Part shown: positions 31,232-43,862 of the stretch, piece after piece
Position numbering within the stretch: the first letter of the stretch is position 1
Layout: each line of letters opens with the position of its first letter
Assembly: GCA_963693365.1 (NCBI GenBank)
Contig: CAVNZM010000013.1
Coordinates: forward strand, 4,631,814 to 4,695,813
Origin: Amoebidium appalachense
Taxonomy: Eukaryota; Protista; Ichthyosporea
Direction of reading: 5' to 3'
DNA: 64,000 nt
Notes under the pieces: generated by a model
The model's input: only the letters and a program-made list of their open reading frames with translations
Database searches by the model: none
Told to the model about the DNA's origin: nothing
Made by a program: the position numbers and the translations under genes

Positions 31232-32267
31232 ATGTCTGAGTTTGCACAAAATCTACCGCCTTTGAGCTCGAGGCAGGCACAAGAGCAAACATCCATTTTG
31301 CAAGAAATGTCAGAGTACGATGCAGCGGTGCTGGATGATTTAAAGGCAAAGATCATAGTTATAAACGGGAACTTGGCAGACACGCAAAAGGACAACACGC
31401 GCCTGGAAGACCAGATATCACGCGTGGATGCGAGCTTGGCTGCCATGGCCGCGAGCGACAAGAGTGAGCATGAGAAATTGGCTGAAAGAGAGAATTTGGA
31501 GAAGAGAATGGAGACACTCCTTCAGACGCAACTGTTTCTGATGCAGTCGCGTGCGTCGCTGCTGGATGAGAGAAAGAGTCTGACTCTTCTCTATGACAAA
31601 CGTACGTGGGTGTGTGTGTTTGTGTGTGCATTCGTGTGTGTATAGTGGGGGGGGGCTTTTTGTGTAGGAGGGATGTGTGTGGGGGTGATGGGGCAGGGAG
31701 GTATTGAGGGGTTGTGTGTGTGGGTTGGTGTGTGGGTGTGGGTGTGGGTGTGTTACTTTGGTCGTTTGTTCGTGGTTGTTTTGTTTGCGTTTGGGTATTG
31801 TATTGTATGATGTGTTGATGTGGTGGTGTCGTAGGCCATGGCAGGCATGTGTGCTTTTGGGTACGATGTGTCTGTTTGTGTTCCAACAAAGGGGGATAGG
31901 CTTGTGAAGGATTGCGGGAGGAGCTAGGGTCTTTATGCAACAAAGGATTCAGAAGCAAGGTTGTCGATGTTAAAGTACGTGCACATCTGGATATGCATTT
32001 ACACATCTGCCTACAAACCAGACTTGTCGGCCATGGGGTGTTCGGGTGGTTGACGGGGTCATGTATTGTTTTTTTTGTGTGTGTGTCTGTGGGGGAGGGG
32101 GGGGAACAGTGGGGGGATGGTGTGTGGGGGGAGGGGGGGGGGGGGGGGGGGGGGGCACCTGCTTTGCTAAATGTCCATATCTTCTGCTTCTATAGTTTTG
32201 ACTTGTTAGACTCTGTATATTACCGAGAGGTGTCTGAATTACCACTTGAATTTTGGTTCTTTTTTTT

Positions 32268-32299
<32 letters not shown>

Positions 32300-32873
32300 G
32301 GGAGGGGGGGGGGGGGGGGGGGGGGAGGGGAGGGGGGGGGGGGGGGGGGAAAGGGGGGGCGGCGCGCTCTATCATGGGGAGCGAGAATGAAGTGTAGCAC
32401 AAAAATGAAAAACTCACAAGAAAGTGACCTCACCGTTTGAAAATGCAATCCCGGTAGGAAATGAAGATCATTATGAAAGGGGGTTTCTTTTAGTAATCCG
32501 GGTCGGGTCAGACCCGAAAGCGAAAAATCACACTTTGTGATAGGGGAGGTGCGCACCAAACAGCACTCTTGGCCTGACCCGAAAGGGCCCAAAAATCGGC
32601 CTAAAAAAAGACCCCTTTAACCCACTGTGCACTGCAGTTTTGTCTGCAATACAAGACAAGTTATTGGGAAAGAGCGAAAAGAAGGTGGGTGAAGATAGCA
32701 TGATGTTATTACTCTGTGTGTGCAGATGTATGGGTGCGTGTGTGTGCGTGTGTGCATGTGGATGGGTGTGGGTGGGGGGGTGTGCGTGTATGTGGGTGTG
32801 TGGATGTGTATGTATGGGTGCGTGGGGTGTGAATGAGGGGTTGGGTGGGTGGGTGTGTGCATACTTGTTTGTT

Positions 32874-32912
<39 letters not shown>

Positions 32913-33145
32913 GATGGGTGTGGGTGTGTGTGCATGCGTGCGTGTGCATGTGTGCGTGTGTGTTTGACCCGGTGAGGGGGGTGGGTGAAGATGGCATACG
33001 TGTTGCATGGATCCGAGTGTGTTGGTGTTGGTGGTTGTGTGTGGGTGTGTGTGTGGGTGTGTGGGTGTGTGGGTGTGTGTGCATGCGTGTGTGTGCATGT
33101 GTGTGTGGGTGTGTGTGCATGCGTGCGTGTGCATGCGTGCGTGTG

Positions 33146-33181
<36 letters not shown>

Positions 33182-34262
33182 AGGTGACCGGGGGAATGGG
33201 AGCGGGGGGAGGGGGGGGGGGGGGGGCTGGATTGGTTGGTTGTATTTTTTTGGACATGCATGATCGTTAAGCTAGTGGTTGTGTGTGTGTGTGTGCCTGC
33301 AAGGTCGTATGCTGTTATGTGTGTACGTGGTGTCAAGGCCAACACACACAGGTGTTCACATACCAAAAACACAGAGGCAGAGGCACACACGCCCAGAGAC
33401 ATGTGCACACACACACACACACACACACAAACGCAGGCACACACACGTGCACACACACACACTCGCGCGCGTGCGCGTGCGCGGCAGGGGCATGCACATG
33501 CACACACAGACACCGAGACACACGCATAGCTTCACGTACACACGCACACACCCTGCACACCACTATCTCTTCTCTTTTCCCTCTTTTCTCACCACTTGAG
33601 CTATAGCATCCCTCCATTCCTCCCTCCGTTATGGTAACCTTGCCCCATAAATGGCAATCCCGCCCTATTGTAGTATAAGTGGTGTTTATGCCTTCCTCAC
33701 ATTTTATAAATAGTAATTCTTACCTTCCCAACATGATATGAGTAGTAATTCCACCTTGGTAACATGCCGTAAACGGTGATATCACCTCTAACCTACTTTA
33801 AATGGCTGGTGTGCTATAAATGGCAATATTACCTTCCTAAGGTGCTATGAATGGGAATCTCACATCTAACCTGATATAAATGGCTAACGTCCTATAAGTG
33901 GCCATATCGCCTTCCTAAGGTACCATGAACGGTAATTTCACCTCTAACCTGCCATAAATGGCAATATTTTCCTTCTGAACACGTTATAAACTGTAATTTC
34001 ACCTCTGACCTCCTATAAATGGCTAAAGTGCTATATATGGCAGTATTACCTTCTTTGCACACTATAAATGTTAATCCGATTTTCCTAACATGATGATTTC
34101 CCTAGCACGTGAGTTCTACGGTTCATACTTCCTACGCATCCAAGGCCGGCCGTAAGCGCAAAGCCATAACGGAAGGAAGTGGTAATACTCCAAAAAAGGT
34201 AATCCCCTTGTTACAAACAACCAACCCAACCCCCCCCCCCCCCCCTCTTCCCCAGCTTGCCT

Positions 34263-34330
<68 letters not shown>

Positions 34331-34384
34331 GCGCGCGCAACACCACTATCACCACCAAATACTCGAAGGGTATTCCTGCCGTCT

Positions 34385-34415
<31 letters not shown>

Positions 34416-34620
34416 CTCCCCCCAGTGCATACAGACCAAGTGACGAAGGCAGGCACATGTGTTCCTTTTCTCCCCCCCGCCTCCCCTCCCCTTTCTCCTC
34501 CTCCTCCTACCCCTCCGGGGATGTTGTAGTGACCGTGAATGCAATCTTTTTTTCTTTGTGTTTGATACGCAGACCGACCGTCATCTAACAGTCCCTCCCC
34601 CCCCCCCCCCCCCCTCCCCC

Positions 34621-34651
<31 letters not shown>

Positions 34652-35411
34652 ACCTCCCCCCCCGCCCGCCCCTCCCTCCCTACCTCCCTCCCCCTCCCCA
34701 CCCACCCCCACCCCCCCTCCCCCTCCCCCCCGCCTACACACACACACACACACACAAACACAGCGGAATCGAGAAGGAGACCTCCCCTGCCCCATAGCCG
34801 GGTGCCCGATGAAATGCAGCACCCAACTGCACCTCAGCACACACATTGCAAGCCACAAGGGCCAAGGGGCACACCAATGCAGACACGACAATTGCAACCG
34901 AATTTTCGCAACGACGGGGGAGCTTTCGCGACATTTCAAGCGCGCGCACTCGGAATACCGTCCTTATAAGTGTCTTTTTGAGGGGTGCAACGCCGCGTTT
35001 AAACAGAGGTCAAATTTGGCCGTTCATGAAAGGAGCCACACGGGGGAGAAACCGTTTCAGTGCGGGGTGGAGGGGTGTGATATGAGAGCGAGTACTAGGG
35101 GGAACATTATGAAACATGAAAGGAGGCATAGGTTGAAACTTTTGGAGTTGTTGGAACCCCCTGCAAATACCGGAAATTTCGGAAATTCTGCAAGTATGGG
35201 AAATTCGGGGAGTTCGGTAAATCCCCAAGGGAGTTCCGGGCACGCGCAGCAGGCGCAGATTCTTTCGCAGGCGCAGGCGCACACGAGGGTGCAGGCGGGG
35301 ACGCAGGCACGTACCGGGGGTCAGGGACAGGCGCAGGTACAGGGATGGGGGGTGAGCTTGCAACATAGACAGATGAAGGGTTACGTGTTTGGGTTGAGTC
35401 AGCAGAGGTAG
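31232..35411 (+). CDS. C2H2 zinc-finger transcription factor (4 fingers) with a probable N-terminal coiled coil
   Basis: The last exon 34764-35411 has four C-x4-C..H-x3/4-H fingers and a HTGEKPF linker. Exon 34106-34198 (basic GRKRK) joins it in phase 0. Coiled-coil exon 31232-~31601 is the likely first exon, but linking it needs an intermediate exon or another donor, so that join is uncertain. Confidence 0.75.
33630..34075. repeat. Degenerate ~29-30-bp minisatellite in the zinc-finger gene intron
   Basis: Recurrent ATAAATGGCAAT(A/T)T(T/C)ACCT(T/C) cores across the interval. Confidence 0.7.
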
Positions 35412-35423
35412 TGTGGAGGGCGG

Positions 35424-35460
<37 letters not shown>

Positions 35461-36427
35461 GTGACACGTGAGGTGTACATGATTTGGGTGGATGTGGTGG
35501 TGTGGTTTTTTGATATATATAGTTTACTTGATGTAATTTTAATATTTATATTTGAGGGGTAGAAAGAAAGGGGGGGGGGGGAGGGGGGGATGTAAGCATG
35601 TGCTGTAAACGTCTCCCCCTTTTTTTTGTTTGAGAGCAATGCATGTTAGTGTACATACGTGTTCAATGGTTCGGTATTTGAATGAAAGAGGTGAGGTTAT
35701 GTCCCGCAGCCAATGTTTGAGATATCTCTTACATTTTCATGGAGAAACCATAAAAATTAGAGCCGGTGTTTCTTTAAAGATTATACATAGGCTAGACCCT
35801 AGGGCACAGTCAGGACGTGTCAGATTGCGCTGTTTCGTTTTGCTTTTTTTCGGCCCTGGGTGGGATGGGTCGGTGGGTTTTTTTCTTTTTTTTTGGGGGG
35901 GGGGGGGGGGGGGGCAAACGCTTTTTGTCGACATGTAGATAGACGATATCGGTGCGCACATAGTGAAAATAAACAGAAATATCTGGCCGACTTCAAGGCG
36001 AATGGGAGGCAAGTTATTGGTTGCGATTGGTGCAATGTTGTATGTGGCGTGATCGATCAATTTTGATGTGAATTGACATGATTTTACTGAAAAACTCAAA
36101 TATGAAACTATTGGCGATTCAGTAACGGGGTTTTTCTTTGCTTGAACCCCCCCCCCCCCGGCAGAAGTCCGAAGGCGCGCGCTCACACGCGTACCGGTGG
36201 CACACACTTGACCTACTCACACACACACACAAATGTCCTCCTCCACCCCCCTCGCTCCCCGTGCGGGTGCGCGCGTATACGCACCCGTCTTTTTCCCCCT
36301 CCATCAAGCCGCCCATTCATCATAGGTAAATAAGGTGACAACAGAAGAAGACCTGTGTTCTCTCTATCTGCCCCCCCCCGCCCCCTCCCCCCCCCCCCCC
36401 CTTCCCCTCCACTTTCTAGAACTCCCC

Positions 36428-36458
<31 letters not shown>

Positions 36459-36746
36459 TGTGTTGGTTGGGGGGGGGGGGGGGGGGGGATCAACATCGAT
36501 TCCACCCACAGCAGCATTATCAACACGTGTGTATTATCCCTATCCAGAGAGTGTGGGAATCGGCTGTTGGATTGCCCCCCCCCCCCCCCCTCCCCCCCCC
36601 CCCACACACACACACACACATTCCATTTCCACAAATGGCAACATTCCATTTCCAAATTTGGCCACATCCCTTTTCCAGATGTGACTTTAATGACGGCGCC
36701 AGTTCTCCACCCACAATTAGGGTTCTCACCAGCAGTGTCTGCTCAG

Positions 36747-36781
<35 letters not shown>

Positions 36782-37382
36782 CTAAATAGTGTGGTGCACA
36801 GGAATGCATATTCAACCTGTGAGCAGTATTTGGATAACTGAGGCAGGGACATATATACAGCTTGCTCCTGGGTGAGCGATACGAGAACCCGGGAATAAGG
36901 GTTGATGTGTATTTTTCTTTTTTTTGGGAGTTAGGGGGTGAGGCGGGGCTGAAGGTAGGGTTTTGGTGAAGGGGGTGCGGGTGCGGGCACCCGTGTGCTG
37001 TGAGGGGAAGACCTGGAAAAAATTCGGAGGACGGGGTGAGATGAGGTGTGTGGGGGAGGGGGGGGGGGGGGGAAAGATTCTAGGAGTGGAAAGAGGGGTA
37101 GCTACTATATAGAGAGGGGGGGGAGGGGTACCTCATTAGTCGCGTCAATCCTTTACCCTCCTCACGCCGCAACTACCGCCGCCCAATCACTTCTCCCGCA
37201 GTCGATTGTTCCAGCTGTTTCTGCATTACCATATATGGGTGGTATGTCGACAGGAATGACACACAGTGCATAAGATCACGTTCAAGTTAGCACTAGGTAT
37301 GCATAGTATGTGGATGGGTTGTGGTAAACACAAGTTAGTGTAGGTGTGTGGGTGGGTGGAGTGAGGTGGTTTGACACGTGAG

Positions 37383-37438
<56 letters not shown>

Positions 37439-37502
37439 AAGCGTGTGTGCATGCAGGTGTGTTAGCATGTATGCGTGCGGGTGTGTGTGTGTGTGTATGT
37501 GC

Positions 37503-37538
<36 letters not shown>

Positions 37539-39066
37539 TGTCACAGTGTGCATACGGGTGTGTTAGCGTGTATGCATGTGGCTGTGTGTATGTGTGTGTG
37601 CGCATGTGTCTGTGTTTGTGTGTGTGTGGTTTTGTGTGTGTGTACCCGTGTTCACATGCGCGTGTGTGTTGGTGATGGGGAAAGAAGGGAGGGGTGGGGG
37701 GAGAGGGAGAGAGGGGGGTGTTCGGTGGGTGGGTGGATGAGTGGGGAGAAGGGGGGAGGGGCGAGGGAAGGCAAAGTGTATAAATAAAGTACAGCTGAGA
37801 AAGGAAGGAGAAGACAGGTTAGAGTGGAGGAGAGGTGTGAAGCTTTGACACCCTTACCCTTTTGATGTTTTTGAGGTAGGAATAAGGGCTGGGTGGGATG
37901 GTTGGTGGGGTTCAGCAGTAGAGCAGTGGATGCTTGTGCTCCTACGGGGAGGTAGAGGGAGGGGTGTGCGCGGGGGGGGGAGGGAGGGGGGGAGGGGGGT
38001 TGAGGCATGGGGCCCACGAGGGGTTGGGGAGGGGCATGTGTTTGTTTGGGGAGGAAGGGGGGGACGAGGGGGGGGGGGGGGGGGGGGGGGTAAAGTTGCC
38101 GGTGTCGTACAGGAAGAATGGGTGCTTAGTTGTGTGTGTTTAGTTGGTAAGAGAGGGGGGGGGGAGAGTGGGAGGGGGAGGGGGGTGCATCGATATTAGA
38201 GTATGTTACATCTGACTGAAAAGAGGTCGGGAGGTGGGGTGGGGTGGGGTGGTTGGGTGGTTTGCCCCCCGGGGGGAAGGGCGGGGAGTGGAGGGGGGGG
38301 GGGGGGGGGGGAGGGGGATGTCGTTGTACTACTTGTTTGGGACCGAAAATGAGTGGTTAGTTGTTTGTCTAGGGGGGGGGGGGGCGAAAGCGGGGTGGGG
38401 GTGGGGAGGGAAGGGGGGAGGGGAAGGGGGAGGGGGGGGGGCGGGGGGCGAGGAGAGGGGACTGCGGGAGAACATATGTGTGCCTGGGGCATTGTCTGGT
38501 TCTACGAAATTGATTTTTATAATAATGATTTATTAGATCATACTTTATCCCAAGGCTACTGGGGGTCAGTCGATACACATGGAAATCAGGGGGCTTTGAT
38601 ATACAGTATATCTTACAGTATATCTCACAATTTGTATGTGTGCGCGTAAATCAGTATATGGAAAGAAATAGATGTACTGATCGGTCTAGCTGCTAAACTC
38701 ACTAAACCACCGCAATGTATCCACATCTTTGAAATTTCACAATGTGTCCACATATTTCTACTGTCGATTATTGCCCAAGAATCGCTAAAATGGTGTTATG
38801 TGATCATTTTGCACATTTTGCGCACTCTACGCGAGACATCCGATGTATTGTGCACATTGTTCTTGGGGTACATATTTCTATTTCCTAAACTATTCTAGAC
38901 ACAGCGCAACTAATTGCAACACACATCTAAACCCAGTCCTATTTTTCGGACACCGCGCAACCATAGTGCACTCGTACTCTCATCAAACCCACAATCTTAC
39001 TAACTGAAGGGTTTTTCGGAATCCATATCTTATAATCCGGTATTTTCCTCTCTTTCTCATTTCTCT

Positions 39067-41557
39067 TCAGCACGAAGCGTCCATCTTGCTCTTGTCTCCG
39101 TTGAGTGTTCCGGCGTTTGTGGCAATCTCGTCCCTCGATGTGTTCGTGACGTACTTGTAAGCAACAAACATGTAGAAGGGCACAGCCACGGTGAACATGG
39201 CCCAGTTAACGAACAGCTGCACCACCCAGTTTGCGTTGTTGTCCAGCTGCCAGGCAATGGCGCCGAAACCGGACTGCACGCCCTTGTAGAAACCGGTGTA
39301 GCGGGCCGCCTGTAGGGATGGGAGGGAACAAATGATTGGTCAAGAGGTTACGGCAGGGAAAAGGGGGAAAATAGGTGGGTGTGCAGGGCCCGGGAAGGGA
39401 GGGGGGGGGGGGGGGGGGGCTGGGTAGGGAAGCAAACGTCATAAAAGGTACATTTGTGCAATGGCGGGAGGGTGAACTTTCAGAAAGGGAAGGTGGAGGA
39501 GGGGAAGGAAATTTTGGGAGGGGGAGGGGGGGGGGGGGGGGGGGGGGGGCGGAGAGAACGGGGAGGGGGGGGAGGAGGGGGGGAGGGGGGGAAGGGGGGA
39601 GGAGGAGAGCAAGAAAAAAGGGAGGAAGCAAGGACCGGGAGGACCAAGAGATGGGGGTGGTGTGAAAGCCTCGGGGGATGGGAAGAGAGAAGGGGGGAGG
39701 GAGGTTGAGGAAGAAAGGGGGGGGGGGGGAGAGGAGAGCGAAAAAAAAGGGAGGAAGCAAGGGCCGGCAGAAGAACCAAGAGAACGGGGTAGTGTAAAGC
39801 CTCGGGGGGTGGGAAGGAGAGAAGGTGGGGAGGGAGGGGTGGTTAGGGGGGGATGGGTGAGGGGGGTGAGGGGGGGAGGGTTGTGGGTGAAGGGGGGGGG
39901 GGGGGGGGGGGGGGGGTGGAAGACGGGGAAGGGGAAAAGGGGCAGTGAGGGAGGGGAGGGAGGAAGAAAGGTACCTGAGAGAGGTCGTTCGTGATGGCAC
40001 CCATGATCCAGTAGGCGTAGGTCTGCAGCATGGCATCACCAATACCGTAGATGAGGAAGCAGATGATGGGGTAGAGGTAGCGTGCACCAGACGTGATGTC
40101 GATCCTCTCCTTGGCCGCAAGCTCGGGTGTGCACGGGGCAACGGCTGCGTCGCATGCGTACCCGGGCTTGTTGTAACCACCCTCAAACCCGAGCTGAAGA
40201 TAGGCACCCATAGCCCAGCCAACGGTGAAAACAACAGCGAGAATAGCACCGCCCATCAGTGCGCGGCGCTTGCGGGAAATGGTGGGGCTATCGAGGAATT
40301 TCTGGCCGAAAAGGAAGGCACCGAGCATCTGGGAGGCCCAGTAGAGAGAAGAGTTGAGGCCACGTGCGCGGATGGTGAAGAGGGCGCCGTTGACGGCGTT
40401 GAACTGGTAGGTGTAGAAGAAGTTGGATGTGGCGAACAGGGGGGCAAGCAGGATCATGTGCTTGTCAAGGAACATAAGGGCTACGTTCTTGAACTCCTCG
40501 AAGGGGGAAGAAGCCTTTTCAAACTCAATTGCCTCTCCATCTTCACGGATGACCGTCTTGGGGTTAACAAGGAAAACGAACGCGGAGAGCGCACCAACAG
40601 CCATGATACCAGCAAAAGTGAAGTATGTTGCAGCAGAGGCGCCACCAGACTCGTCGTTAAAGTTGACAGCGAAAACGAGAATACCACCTAGGCACCCACC
40701 GAGGTTAAAGATGACCCAGAAGATGGAGATGTAGCTGCCCTTCTTCTCCTCGGGGGCATAGGCCATCATCATGGCGCCCTGCGCCGTCCAAAAAAGACCG
40801 GCACCAGCACCCAGGAGAGCACCGGAGAGGATGGCTAGCCAGTCGTAGGAGTGGTTGTGGCCGGCAACGTACTGTGTGGGGGAGACAGTGTGTTAGTTAG
40901 GGATGGTCGTGTTTTGGGTAGGGAAGAAGGAGAGAGTAGAGAGACAAAGAAAACCTGATAAGCTCTCAAGTGTAGGGATAACCCAAAAGTGCTTTGTGTA
41001 AGTGACCAAATGAACAAAACTAATTCTTTTTGGAGATGGAAATGAAGACCAAACCTACACAAAACAGACCCTTCTTGCGTTCACAGAGATAGTGTGAAAA
41101 GTGAAAAAGCACACGGGCAATTGCAAATGGAGACAGAACCAGCCCAGAACATGAAAAGAAAGGAAACTAAACATTACAACCCTTTTGTGCCTCGATAAAA
41201 TAAATGGTACAGAAATTAGGAAGAATCTACCACTCACAAAGTTTTTTTGCGTGTGTAAACGGTGAAAGGGTGAAGCAGCAAACACACACCTGGCCAACGG
41301 CATAAAAGCAGTAGGTGAGGCCACCGCCGCCCATCAAAATCTTGTTGCCGTAGTCGCCACAAAGGTTGAAAATCATGCCACCAAAATAGCCGAGGATGGC
41401 GAAACAGGCGTAGAGGGCCGTGTTGGCGTTGTTTGCTGTTGTTGGGTCAGTGCTGCCTGCCCCACCGAGACCAGACATGGCGTTGAACATGCCCGGGCAC
41501 GAAAAAGCCAAAAAAGGCAATAACGATGATTTGGGTCCGTCCGTCCTTGAGCCCCAT
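39067..41557 (-). CDS. UNC-93-like MFS transporter (fungal/plant DUF895 type); 3 exons, with an apparent 1-nt homopolymer frameshift near the start
   Basis: Exons 41290-41557 (CPGMFNAMSGLGGAG..NTALYACFA), 39975-40871 (GAGLFWTAQGAMMMAY..ISIFWVIFNLGG..SNFFYTYQFN..DAMLQTYAYWIMGAITND) and 39067-39309 (ARYTGFYKGVQSGFGAIAWQLD). Confidence 0.88.
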
Positions 41558-41699
41558 GTTGAAGTTTGTTGAAGAAAAACAGGGTTTTGATGTGGGGTCT
41601 TGAGGGAGTATAAAAAGCGACAGGTGTCGTTGGGAAGAGCGAGGAAAATTTGCTGTTTTGAAACAGTGCGCTGTGGCAACTGAGGAAGTGAAGGCGACG

Positions 41700-41800
41700 G
41701 TGCTTTTTTATATCATGGTTTGCCGCCAGTTCGTCCTGCGCAACCAATCGGAAATGCGCCTGCTTTTTTTTCCCGCGTTCTTGTCTACAACCAATCGGAT
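41700..41800 (-). promoter_or_regulatory. Core promoter of the UNC-93-like gene
   Basis: Minus-strand TATAAAAAA at ~41704-41712, plus AACCAATCGG twice (~41742 and ~41789). Confidence 0.5.
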
Positions 41801-43188
41801 TTCGGCATTTGAGTTGGTATCAGAAGGGGGTTGAAAAGATTGCAGCACATGAACACAACCAGTGCCGCCGTTTCGCAAATATCACCAAGAAAACCAAATA
41901 AAAAGGCCGTATTACAGTGATTAATTGTGATGTTTGTGTGTTTAGCCATCATTTTTGGGAGTCCAAGTTCTTTTTTTACGGTTTTTAAAAGCAGCACTGG
42001 TCTAACCATGCGCCATTCCAGAGGCCCCGGCACATGTAAGCCACTCACCAATCAATTCGTTCGAATGTCAAATATTGATCTGATCATGATCTGGCTCTTT
42101 CCAGACCCCCATTTCTAGGCGTTCTCAGTTCAGTGGAATGCCTCAAGAGGGATTCGAAAGAAAATAAAAATTATTACTATTGTATATGCTACTTCAGTGC
42201 ATGTTCTGTGCGACCTCCTTGTTTAGAAAGCTTTGTTTTTGCGTCTTTTATGATCAGTATGATTTACCTCGACCAATCATTGAAAACGAGTATCAGGAGG
42301 TAGATGAACCAATCACCGCGTGGCACGATTGTTACCCCCGGGGCCTAGCTTGCCAGTTCCTGTGCAAAAATGTGTCATCAGCTAATACAAAACCTTTAAG
42401 TATGCTGTAAGTCTTTTTTTATTTATAAAAGAGGGTGTTTTTGGTGTTTATAAAGGCAACAATAATAAAAATATAGCCAAGCCTATAGACCAATTTAGAT
42501 TTACTAATTGAAAATCTCAATGTGTTTGCTTCGCTCTATGGAGATCCAGCCAGCCGAACTGGCGAATGAAGGGCTGAGTGATCGGCGGTCATATACCAAA
42601 TCCTGCTTATAATGCTTAAAATCAATAATTTGAATAAAAAAGGGGTTTTGCTCCCTAATAAATAGCTTGATAAACAAAGCGACAAGCAATTCTTGTATAA
42701 GCAACATGGGTTGTCCGGCGCCTATTTCGTAGCGAAAACAGGCAAAGACCATAATTTCATCATAGACGATCGACCTCGAGGCAAGGTGGTAAGAGGCTAT
42801 ACAAAACGGGTTTTGATGATTTTAGCGATGTAGGCGTTGTCGGAGCACCCCGATTGCTTATCTCTTTTTTGCGCGCCTTTTTATTTCCTAAAACTTTTTC
42901 TTATGGACGAAAACAAACTTCCTAAGGGCGGCTACTTGGTCTTCGGGGAGCTTTCCAAGTGACTGCCGGCTGACATATACTAATCCGTCTCAGCAGATCA
43001 GCCTAAGTCTACGATCGAGATCGGGGGGGGGGGGGGGGGGGGGGGGGGGGTGGCCCGGGTCCACAGATCATCAAGATCAAGTCCGAGGCCTCAAGATAGC
43101 TGTACAGCTGCGTGCATCTTGCCTCTGCCGGCGCAGGGCATTGGACCACGTCAGCCGGGACAGCCGTCCAATAGAATTCTAATTAGTG

Positions 43189-43698
43189 TGTAGGATAGAT
43201 CGTAGGAGGACTTAGGAATGTGATTGTTCGGGCAGAAGCCCTTTTGTAAGTATTGGCAAGGTTTGATAGTATATGTTGCCAAACGTATTTATATATTTCG
43301 ATGTAGAGGAAAGGGGGGAGGGAGGGGGGGGGAGGATAGTATGAAATGTAGATTTAGACTCTGCGGTGCCACTAGGGGGAGGGTGAGGGGTGAGACATGG
43401 ATAAATATATTAGTTGAGTAGATCGACTTAGCTCGTGCAGGCACACGATAAAAGTAGATCGGAATGTTTGGAATGTGGCATCGTAGGGGGGCCAGGTGAT
43501 GATGATCTTTGAGGGCACGGCCTTGATGGCCTGAGTTGTGACTTAGCCTCATTCCGTACGGATCTAAGTTTTGCCCGTCGGAGCCTGGTCTGAATAAACT
43601 TTACCGTTTTTCCGTATACGTTCGTTCCTTTTCGTGTGTGTACACTTAGTAGAGTGCCGCGTCTCTAGTACATATACATTAGGATACGACAAGCTACA
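43189..43698 (+). repeat. Putative 5' LTR (~510 bp)
   Basis: Terminal inverted 5-mers TGTAG (43189) and CTACA (43698), AATAAA at ~43593, ending 165 bp before the gag ATG. There is no second LTR to confirm the boundaries. Confidence 0.6.
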
Positions 43699-43862
43699 CC
43701 TTTCTTTTAGTGCGGTTTTTCGCGCTAGGATAACGCGGTGACAGTTCCTTCTGGGCTGTTGCTACACGGTGTGACCTCAAACACACAAAAAAAACAAAAA
43801 AAAACAAAAAAAACACAAAAAAACATAAACACAACCACACGAGTTCGGGCACACACCACACA

